Shown here: one piece after another, positions 1 through 6,691 of the stretch
How positions within the stretch are numbered: position 1 is the first letter of the stretch
Layout: every line of letters starts with the position of its first letter
DNA from: Candidatus Heimdallarchaeota archaeon
GTDB taxonomy: Archaea; Asgardarchaeota; Heimdallarchaeia; Hodarchaeales; Hodarchaeaceae
Assembly: GCA_019057635.1 (NCBI GenBank)
Contig: DXJL01000145.1
Span: 1-12,836 of the forward strand
Direction: 5' to 3'
Length of the DNA stretch: 12,836 nucleotides
Notes under the pieces: generated by a model
Told to the model about the DNA's origin: nothing
The model's input: the letters and a program-made list of their open reading frames with translations, nothing else
The model's database searches: none
Translations under genes and position numbers: made by a program

Positions 1-48
1 ATCGAGGAATGTTTTGTTTCAATGGCAAGACAAGTCATTACAAGATAA
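1..48 (+). CDS. 3' end of a gene entering from the left edge; probable C-terminal helix of a Ras/Rab-like small GTPase (partial)
   Basis: Frame 1 reads IEECFVSMARQVITR-stop (TAA 46-48), matching the post-G5 'v/iEEaFxxlarxi' helix of small GTPases. A T-run follows at 61-66. Only 15 residues are visible. Confidence 0.55.
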   Translation: MEECFVSMARQVITR

Positions 49-295
49 ATCTTAGTAAAATTTTTTATAATTTCACAATTTCTGTATTTCTAATAATAAA
101 TCATTCGCTGCTATGACCTCTCGAAGTGCTTCTTGGCAATTAGAGACTTCTTTTAAGAGTATGGCTAGATCCAGAAAACCTACAAGTTTTTGCATACGAT
201 TGGCTAAATCATACGAAAAGATAATATCAAACTAAATAAGGCCCTTTCTTTTAGATGTATGAATAGAATGCCATCGATTTTGAAGGATCTAGGAA

Positions 296-2911
296 ATGAG
301 AAATAGAACATTTATCATATTTTTACTCTTACTTACCAATTTTACTCTCAATGTGATGGATTCAGGGAGTTTAACCTACAATTTAGAGGAAAAAATTACA
401 CCCTTCTCTTTCAATGTTGATATGGCAACAGCAGCAAATTATATTTTTCTACAATCCCCTTCAAATAATTCTATTCTTCCATCTGATACTCGTATTGTTT
501 TAGATATCGATGATACTTCCCTATTACGAGTTGATTTCAATTGGGATTCTCAACTTAACATTACATGGCTTCCCCCATATACTACTCTATTACCACCTGG
601 TGATGGGCCTCACATCTTACATGTTTATGCACTAGACAGTCTTGATGTGTGGGAATATCAAAAATTTCACTTTATTACAGATGATACAACTCCTATTATA
701 CTACTGGAATCATTGGTGAATAATAGTAAACATATTCCCGAAACTCCTGTCGAACTATTGATCAACGATACCAATCTAGATAATGTATTATACCACTGGA
801 ATGCTGAAGAGAACCAGAGTTTGTTTTTTCCTTTTATTGTTAATCTTCCTCGTGAAGATGGATCTCACCGACTATCAGTTTATGTGAGTGATGCTGCGGG
901 AAATTGGGGGTCAGAGAAATTTCAATTTTCAGTTCGGATAGAACTATCTCCTGATTCTGATAATGATGGATTATCAGATTACATTGAATTTTTATTAGGA
1001 ACGGATCCCACTCAAGCAACAGAACATATTGCTGATGCACCAATGGTCATCGACGATTTAAACACTGATGTTCCAGATGATTTGTACACTACCCTCGTCT
1101 CCCATGACCATATACCTGCTCAAAATTGGATTGTTGGAACTGTAAATGAGGAGGGGCTTGAAGATCCAACTGATTATTATATTTTTACCTCAGAAATACG
1201 TACGAAGGGAACAGTGATTTTACAAAGTAATCTCCCAGGAGTTCAACTTTACATCTTTGATTTGGAAGGACGAGTCAATTCTACAGTTGATGTCCAACTC
1301 CTCAGTCTTACTTCTGGAAACGGAGCAGATGTCTCTACACTCTCAAACTATGTACCAAATGCTCTTCCCTATCTCGTTGAGATTCCAATCCCTCTAGCTG
1401 TCGAATTATTGGTTATTCAGGTAGACGGGGGGTTCGCAGGTAATTCTTTTTATTCAATATGGATCGATGAAACCCCTACTCAACCACATTTAGAATTATT
1501 AATCATCGTACTAAATTTACTTCTTTTTCTCGGGCTCCCCTTTCTGTTTTTTCTCACTCTACGCTGGGAAAATCGACGATTAACAAAGAAACAACGAAGC
1601 ATGCAAGAAAAATTGGTTTCAGATTCAGAGTTTCCAGCTGAAAGGACGACACCCAAGAAATTCCCCGTCATTGTGAATGTTCGGTTCTCTGAGTGGGTAT
1701 TTTCGAGTGTTATTCTTTCTCTAATGGCCTTGTTATTCACTGAATTAAGTAGAGAAAAATTCCAGAATCAAGTTACTGTTCTAACAGCTAAAGGATTCGT
1801 CGATTTGGGATATCGAATTTTCTTTCTAGCTGTGACTTTTATTCTACTAGGCACCCTCCTTTCGCTCATTAATTGGGGAAAAAACCGATTTCGTGGTCAA
1901 ATCTCAGTAAAACACCCAATTTCTTGGACACGACGCTTCTTGGATATATCTTTGAAAGTGGTGATGGTTGGAATTGTCTATTTCATACTCTGGATGCTTT
2001 TTGTACGATTTATCGTGTTGGTACAAGCATCTTATTCATCCTCATCCTCGTTAAATGATTTATTAGATTTATTTCAGGCCTTTTTTGTTAAAGACCTTTC
2101 TACACCCCCCTCATCAGAGCAGATCACTCTCTTATCAAATATGGGGATTTTAGAACTTATTTTCATTGTATTTACTCTTCCACTTGCACTTTACATGTTT
2201 ATATTGAATTTTGCCGGAGGAACATCAGTGAGGGCGATCTTTCGACCTGCAGAGCAGAAAAAAAGTCGCTGGAATTATAAAACAGTTATTTTAGCAGTGA
2301 GTCTTTCAATAGAGTTATATCGTGTCTTCTCGAATCTACTTAATTTTCTCATCTCACTCTTTTTAACCGAGAATACTACATTCTTTTTTATTCAAATTTC
2401 TGAGTTACCTTGGTGGCACCAATTGGTAACTTGGGTTAGTCAAGAAACGCTAATAAGTACACCAGTTCTTTATGGGTTATATTTTGAGTTACAGGGAATT
2501 TTCTTTGCTTGGGTAATATACACTAGCTTGCCCTCAATTTTCAGACGATTTATGTCTGGCTCTGGATACTCAAGGTCAATCATTCGTATTGGAGTTTTCC
2601 TATTGGGAATGTTTGTCATTTTTCTTCGAACCCTTCATTTATTACTGCTTATCCCAATTGGTGTACCTAGTTTTACCTTTAGTGTCATTCTTACCGAACC
2701 ATTTTCAATTCTCCTTCTTATTGCAATGATTTCAGAATCACTTGAAATCTTGGGCTTTTCTTTGGGATTAATACTAGTAGTATACTACCAGAAGGTTCGA
2801 AAACGCCCCCAGAAAGTAGCATCCCCCTCTGTTCAGCCTATACCGCTAGAAGAACCACATGTATTCCCAGTTATCGAATCTTCCTTTCAATTCCAGATTG
2901 AAGAGGAATGA
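296..2911 (+). CDS. Large cell-surface/membrane protein: signal peptide, two Ig-like repeats, DxDxDG Ca-binding motif, beta-rich (PPC-like) domain, about 9-10 TM helices
   Basis: 871-aa ORF with a hydrophobic N-terminus (MRNRTFIIFLLLLT), two ~80-aa repeats, DSDNDGLSDYIEFLLGTDP at aa 220-238, a DYYIF strand and many hydrophobic segments from aa ~400. A purine-rich SD-like sequence lies upstream. Confidence 0.85.
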   Translation: MRNRTFIIFLLLLTNFTLNVMDSGSLTYNLEEKITPFSFNVDMATAANYIFLQSPSNNSILPSDTRIVLDIDDTSLLRVDFNWDSQLNITWLPPYTTLLPPGDGPHILHVYALDSLDVWEYQKFHFITDDTTPIILLESLVNNSKHIPETPVELLINDTNLDNVLYHWNAEENQSLFFPFIVNLPREDGSHRLSVYVSDAAGNWGSEKFQFSVRIELSPDSDNDGLSDYIEFLLGTDPTQATEHIADAPMVIDDLNTDVPDDLYTTLVSHDHIPAQNWIVGTVNEEGLEDPTDYYIFTSEIRTKGTVILQSNLPGVQLYIFDLEGRVNSTVDVQLLSLTSGNGADVSTLSNYVPNALPYLVEIPIPLAVELLVIQVDGGFAGNSFYSIWIDETPTQPHLELLIIVLNLLLFLGLPFLFFLTLRWENRRLTKKQRSMQEKLVSDSEFPAERTTPKKFPVIVNVRFSEWVFSSVILSLMALLFTELSREKFQNQVTVLTAKGFVDLGYRIFFLAVTFILLGTLLSLINWGKNRFRGQISVKHPISWTRRFLDISLKVVMVGIVYFILWMLFVRFIVLVQASYSSSSSLNDLLDLFQAFFVKDLSTPPSSEQITLLSNMGILELIFIVFTLPLALYMFILNFAGGTSVRAIFRPAEQKKSRWNYKTVILAVSLSIELYRVFSNLLNFLISLFLTENTTFFFIQISELPWWHQLVTWVSQETLISTPVLYGLYFELQGIFFAWVIYTSLPSIFRRFMSGSGYSRSIIRIGVFLLGMFVIFLRTLHLLLLIPIGVPSFTFSVILTEPFSILLLIAMISESLEILGFSLGLILVVYYQKVRKRPQKVASPSVQPIPLEEPHVFPVIESSFQFQIEEE
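443..934 (+). repeat. Two tandem protein-level Ig-like repeats (aa ~50-130 and ~134-213) in the 871-aa ORF
   Basis: Aligned motifs: NNS..I/VxLxIxDxxLxxVxF/YxWD/N..P(Y/F)xxxLPxxDGxHxLxVYxxDxxxxWxxxKFxF. Confidence 0.8.
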
Positions 2912-3100
2912 ATGATCCATAGACTGGTAAAATTTTTGTTCCAGATCGAAACGAAAGTAAAAATGTGTTGAAACCTTACAAGAAGAAAGAACATCAGATT
3001 AATCCACAACACCTAGAAGAGACATCTTCCTACAATTATTGGACTGAAGTAACAATATGGGAATAAAATAGCTGTGGAAAACCATCTAACACAAGTCAGA

Positions 3101-3784
3101 CTATTCTTTAAAGAAGCCCACCACGACAAAGTTTTCATCATGCTGGTCGGAATGTTCGACAAGCCAGCGTTCGATGGTGGTGGAATATAGCTCTTTCATG
3201 TGTTGACCAAATTGCTCAAATTCATCATCGGTAAGGAGAAGGACGTCAAGCGAGGGACCAGGAAAATTTCGATTGGTCTTAAGAAAAGTGGTGAGTTCCC
3301 CATCAGACATGCTTTGAATGAATTTTTTCTTCTCGGAAAGCGCTGCAATACCGAAATTAATTTTCTCAATGATAGCATTTTTAACTTTCCCATCACAGTA
3401 TTCGCAGTCGGGATCGGAGAATTCGCCATCAGCTGTCGAGAGTTTGGCAATGTACCCATCCGCAGGGAAGATCCATTGCTTTTTGTGTTTCTTAGCAGCA
3501 CCAGGTTTGGCCTTTTTCTTGACACGAGAGTAATAGCCGACATTCATATGGGGTTTAGATTCGTGTTGACGATATTCGACCTTAATCCAACCCTTATCTT
3601 CCAATTCTTTGAGATAATTATAGGTAGTTTGACGTTTCAAACCGAGAGCTTCTTGAATATCCTTAGCAGTGAGCTTTTTTTTACGTAGGAGGAGCCACAA
3701 AATGGAAGGGCGAATCAATTCACCCGAGGAGTAAAAATTATCTTCCTTTTTAGAATTATCAGTAGATTTGCTGGCGGTACTCAA
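3101..3784 (-). CDS. Winged helix-turn-helix transcriptional regulator (ArsR/TrmB-like N-terminus), ~227 aa
   Basis: ILWLLLRKKKLTAKDIQEALGLKRQTTYNYLKELEDKGWIKVE is a wHTH signature. The start is re-called at TTG 3784 (AGGACAGGA upstream) because the track's first 58 aa span a promoter-like region. Confidence 0.8.
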   Translation of the reverse strand: MSTASKSTDNSKKEDNFYSSGELIRPSILWLLLRKKKLTAKDIQEALGLKRQTTYNYLKELEDKGWIKVEYRQHESKPHMNVGYYSRVKKKAKPGAAKKHKKQWIFPADGYIAKLSTADGEFSDPDCEYCDGKVKNAIIEKINFGIAALSEKKKFIQSMSDGELTTFLKTNRNFPGPSLDVLLLTDDEFEQFGQHMKELYSTTIERWLVEHSDQHDENFVVVGFFKE

Positions 3785-3876
3785 AATCCAATCCTGTCCT
3801 AGACAAAATCTGCTCCAAAAATGAAACACAGCCCAAAGAGGGAGCGAATTGTCTAAAGAACCATTCGTCATCCGCC

Positions 3877-3883
3877 TATATAA
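3877..3883 (-). promoter_or_regulatory. Putative TATA box for the wHTH regulator
   Basis: TTATATA on the minus strand, ~22 nt before the hairpin that begins at 3855. Confidence 0.45.
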
Positions 3884-3958
3884 GTGATTCCATAAAACGG
3901 TACTAAGCCATAATATGGTATTAATTCCAAAAAAAATATCATGCCAAAATAAATACAC

Positions 3959-4013
3959 TTATAAATCCATGAAATAGTATCTATCCAACAAGTGGAATAA
4001 TAGAATTTCACTT
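3959..4013 (+). promoter_or_regulatory. Putative TATA box (TTATAAA 3959-3965) followed by an imperfect inverted repeat (candidate operator)
   Basis: AAGTGGAAT-N6-ATTTCACTT at 3990-4013 lies between the TATA box and ATG 4022. Confidence 0.45.
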
Positions 4014-4021
4014 CTCAACTC

Positions 4022-4282
4022 ATGGATGTATCAAATATGGGAACAAAAACTGTTGTAGAAACCAAAAATACGTTTAAAATCAGTTATTTACCTGATTTTC
4101 GTCGTTTACTGAAACGATTTGCTTTATTCTTGGCTGTCCTCAGCCCCATTATCTTCTCCTATTTACTCTCTCCCTCTAATATCGTTGTTGGGGCTATTAC
4201 TTTCGTCAGCTTTGGTGTTATTGGTCTTTTCGTTTTTCAAACAATATATGGTCTTATACTCTTTAAACGATATTTTTTATAA
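4022..4282 (+). CDS. Small hypothetical membrane protein (2 TM)
   Basis: 86 aa with two hydrophobic segments (FALFLAVLSPIIFSYLL; IVVGAITFVSFGVIGLFVFQTIYGLILF). Divergent from the regulator, with a TATA box upstream. Confidence 0.7.
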   Translation: MDVSNMGTKTVVETKNTFKISYLPDFRRLLKRFALFLAVLSPIIFSYLLSPSNIVVGAITFVSFGVIGLFVFQTIYGLILFKRYFL

Positions 4283-4297
4283 GGAATTGCTGATGAT

Positions 4298-4570
4298 GGT
4301 TCAGGGCATTTGCCACATTACGGATAAGACCCAGTTAATTTTTGAGCGGATTAACTACTGCCCTGACCCCTCCATTTTTTCACCTGGGAACATTTTTTTG
4401 TGCTTACAGGCAGGAAGTTTAGTCAATAAGTTGTAAATGAGTACACCTACTAATGCATTCTAGCCAACTACTAGATTTCCTGACCTTATCCCCAAACTTG
4501 CCAAGATCAATAGATTTAAAGTCCAAGTTTGAATATTATTCTCATTCTAAGTTCGTGTACTCTAGAACTT
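4298..4570 (+). ncRNA. Candidate structured RNA element (tandem stem-loop units), family unassigned
   Basis: Helices 4301-4308/4359-4366, 4333-4341/4348-4356, 4411-4423/4470-4482, 4429-4433/4465-4469, 4493-4500/4524-4531 and 4549-4554/4565-4570. G-U pairs favour the + strand. Confidence 0.35.
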
Positions 4571-4614
4571 TATACATCATTTTACTTACTTATGCTATTT
4601 AAGGAGGTTCTTTA

Positions 4615-4797
4615 TTGATTAACCGAAAAGCAACTTTTATCGTTGTCTTAAGTGACACGCTTGAGTTTGGTTCCTCCTCTTGTGAGTTTAAGCCGAAACA
4701 TGAGCTTAAACCCCCTTCGAAGGAAGTCGTTCAAAATTCCGAACGAATTTGTGACGTAGAATATCGTAATGTGTTTACTCGTCTTCCGATTCGCTAG
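4615..4797 (+). CDS. Small hypothetical protein (60 aa) within a highly structured sequence
   Basis: TTG start preceded by AAGGAGGT (4601-4608), with TTTATACA at 4569-4576 at TATA spacing. No recognisable domain. Confidence 0.5.
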   Translation: MINRKATFIVVLSDTLEFGSSSCEFKPKHELKPPSKEVVQNSERICDVEYRNVFTRLPIR

Positions 4798-4841
4798 AGA
4801 GGTTTCCTTTCCAGTCTTTCGAATTAGCTCTTAAGACAATG
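4641..4841 (+). ncRNA. Candidate ~200-nt multibranch structured RNA overlapping the 60-aa ORF
   Basis: Terminal 10-bp perfect inverted repeat TTGTCTTAAG/CTTAAGACAA encloses five nested helices. Confidence 0.4.
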
Positions 4842-4863
4842 TAACAAATACTGTTTGAAAGAC

Positions 4864-4870
4864 AAAAAAA
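4864..4870 (-). terminator. Oligo-T terminator candidate after the methyltransferase
   Basis: T7 run on the minus strand, 3 nt after the stop codon. Confidence 0.45.
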
Positions 4871-4873
4871 CGT

Positions 4874-5575
4874 CTAAGTAATCTTAGTGATAACGCAGAA
4901 TATGCATGAGTCATCTACTTCTTGTATTTTTGCTTCCAATCCTAGTGTGTTAACTAGATGCATAAAATCTTCCTTTGTAAAAGTGGTTGCCCGAAATCCA
5001 TCTTTACAGGTGATTACACCATTTCCCGTATTATCGTAATCGATTTCTCCCAGTAATCCTTCTTCTGCTTGACGGATAAACCATTTCAATCGTTCCTCCC
5101 AAATTTTTTCTGAATAGCTGGATAGGATGATTTTTCCCCCAGTTTTTGTAACACGCAAGGCCTGGGAGAGGAGGAGGGGTGGGTCAATTTTTGTGGCTGA
5201 GAGAGCATTTTGGATTCCCAGAACAACATCAAATGTTTGCTCAGGTAATTTAATGTTACGAGCAGTCATAAAATGCAATTGAATATTTGGGATTCCTCTC
5301 AGATAATCTTTTGCAAATTTTAATGAGGCTTCTAAAATATCGATCCCGACTACTGTTGTTGCTTTTTCCGCAATTCTTTTCAGTACTCTCCCATATCCAC
5401 ATCCAAGTTCTAGCACTGTATCTGATGGTTTAATTTGATCAAGGACATATGCTAGTTCCGCATTCAAGTATTGTTGAATTCTCGATGGTGCTGTTTCGTA
5501 TGCCCGTTTTAATTTCACTGCAAATAGATTTTTCGAATAGTAGTCACTTTTTTCTGTTCTTTTGTCTGGATTCAT
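4874..5575 (-). CDS. Class I SAM-dependent methyltransferase
   Basis: Motif I VLELGCGYG, VVGID, FDVV and LRVTKTGGKIIL. The ATG directly abuts the upstream gene's TAA. Confidence 0.92.
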   Translation of the reverse strand: MNPDKRTEKSDYYSKNLFAVKLKRAYETAPSRIQQYLNAELAYVLDQIKPSDTVLELGCGYGRVLKRIAEKATTVVGIDILEASLKFAKDYLRGIPNIQLHFMTARNIKLPEQTFDVVLGIQNALSATKIDPPLLLSQALRVTKTGGKIILSSYSEKIWEERLKWFIRQAEEGLLGEIDYDNTGNGVITCKDGFRATTFTKEDFMHLVNTLGLEAKIQEVDDSCIFCVITKIT

Positions 5576-6109
5576 TTACTCTCTCCACTTGAATAATGGT
5601 TCCATCCCTGGGCATTGAGCATTCCGTGAGAAGGTACAAGTCTCACAGAGAGCATCCCATTCCTTGGTACCATTTTTAATGCGTTTGATAGTAATGATAC
5701 CATAAAACGTGACGCCAATGAGAACTTGGAGTAATTGTATCTCAAAGTAGGGGGCAACAATAATCGAATATAAACCAACTGCGATTCCTAGGCCTAATAG
5801 TCCCCGAAAACCAATTCGTAATTTTCTATTAGTCGAATCAAAAATTGGAACTTTGGCCAATCTCAACATTGTTGGCAAGTATAATAATATCGCCAGAATT
5901 ATCAGTTCTATCCATATTATGTGTTGTAAAAATCCTAGGAAAATAACTATCGCTCCAAGGATAAAACCACTATAAAATCCCGTACATCCTAGGCAAAGGC
6001 TCCATCCTTTCACTTGTATTAAATGTTCTCGATACTGCCAGCAAATGGGGTGATGAGCTAATGAGTAGTGGAGAAATCCTTTGAGTTTCTCAGTTTTCGA
6101 ACTACTCAT
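5576..6109 (-). CDS. DUF2085-like Cys-motif membrane protein (4 TM)
   Basis: HHPICWQ...LCLGCTGFYSG resembles the DUF2085 'CHQ...lCaRCtGiyxG' motif. Four hydrophobic helices and a C-terminal CETC-x6-C. Start is ATG 6109 (GAGGG upstream) or TTG 6118. Confidence 0.7.
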   Translation of the reverse strand: MSSSKTEKLKGFLHYSLAHHPICWQYREHLIQVKGWSLCLGCTGFYSGFILGAIVIFLGFLQHIIWIELIILAILLYLPTMLRLAKVPIFDSTNRKLRIGFRGLLGLGIAVGLYSIIVAPYFEIQLLQVLIGVTFYGIITIKRIKNGTKEWDALCETCTFSRNAQCPGMEPLFKWRE

Positions 6110-6137
6110 GACCCTCAAACAGGAGAGATTGGTAATT

Positions 6138-6389
6138 TTAATATTGGGTTTTATACTGTTCTTCTGGATGGTCTGTTAGAACATAATATATTACTGCCCC
6201 CACTGGAGTGACACAACAACAAAGCAAAAGGCATATTGTACTGTCATATTTGGGTTTTCCTGATCCTTGAGCCTGATATGTGGGTGGGGCACCTGGCCTT
6301 CCTGCATCTGCACCACCTTGTGTAGCTCCACAATTTGGACAAAATTTCGCTTCTCCCGCTTCCGTTCCGCATTTTGGACAATAAGGCAT
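6138..6389 (-). CDS. Zinc-ribbon protein with Pro/Gly linker and Cys-rich C-terminal TM helix
   Basis: MPYCPKCG...FCPNCG is a zinc ribbon, followed by GRPGAPPTY and ICLLLCCCVTPVGAVIYYVL. ATG 6389 is preferred over the track start at 6419. Confidence 0.85.
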   Translation of the reverse strand: MPYCPKCGTEAGEAKFCPNCGATQGGADAGRPGAPPTYQAQGSGKPKYDSTICLLLCCCVTPVGAVIYYVLTDHPEEQYKTQY

Positions 6390-6651
6390 ATTTTTTCCAT
6401 TCCTATTTTTATCATTCAAACTATTGAAACTTCTGCCGATTATTATTTTCTCTGTTTAAGAAAGTTTGCATTGAAGAATAAATCAAATGGTGTCAGATTA
6501 ATTTCAAAGTCAGATATTGATAATATTCCTGAACTTTTAATTTCTTCCTTTCTCAATCCAGTTAAATTCATATTGCTGCATTTCTAAAGAAGTATTATCG
6601 CGTACCAACCCTTTCTCTATCGTTTTCCCGATTTTTTCAAAGTGGTAGATT

Positions 6652-6668
6652 AGTTACTTATAATAACT
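6652..6668 (+). promoter_or_regulatory. TATA box (TTATAA 6658-6663) flanked by a 5-bp inverted repeat, upstream of the protease
   Basis: AGTTA-CTTATAA-TAACT lies ~29 nt before ATG 6692, implying a near-leaderless mRNA. Confidence 0.4.
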
Positions 6669-6691
6669 CCATCAAAAGGTAAGGTCATAGA

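Noticed and set aside
113-292. 40-aa ORF (113-235) and 8-bp inverted repeat CTAGATCC(165-172)/GGATCTAG(285-292)
   Set aside because: The ORF has no SD or motif, and a single distant 8-bp match is plausible by chance.
840-2058. Short ORFs 840-1043(-), 1480-1740(-) and 1873-2058(+)
   Set aside because: They are shadows within the 871-aa gene, with no motifs.
3196-3688. ORFs 3196-3543(-), 3200-3688(+) and 3318-3533(+)
   Set aside because: They fully overlap the wHTH regulator and show no recognisable features.
3785-3958. N-terminal 58 aa of the 285-aa track ORF
   Set aside because: It covers TATA-like and hairpin elements and has atypical composition; TTG 3784 has an SD-like sequence.
4119-4436. 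105-aa alternative-frame ORF
   Set aside because: It overlaps the better-supported 86-aa ORF and has no clear initiation signal.
4353-4485. CRISPR-like or IS-end reading of the AACTACT...CCTGACC repeats
   Set aside because: There are only two imperfect copies 113 nt apart, and no cas or transposase gene in the window.
4641-4841. SRP RNA, RNase P RNA, hammerhead ribozyme or known riboswitch
   Set aside because: Diagnostic motifs (SRP helix-8 CAGG/GNRA/AGCA, RNase P GAGGAAAGUCC, CUGANGA...GAAA core) were not found on either strand.
5572-6587. ORFs 5572-5778(-), 6191-6415(-) and 6267-6587(+)
   Set aside because: They are alternative-frame or antisense shadows of motif-bearing genes.
6420-6650. 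Short minus-strand open frames (~35-42 aa) between the operon and the protease
   Set aside because: They have no recognisable motifs and cannot be distinguished from chance.
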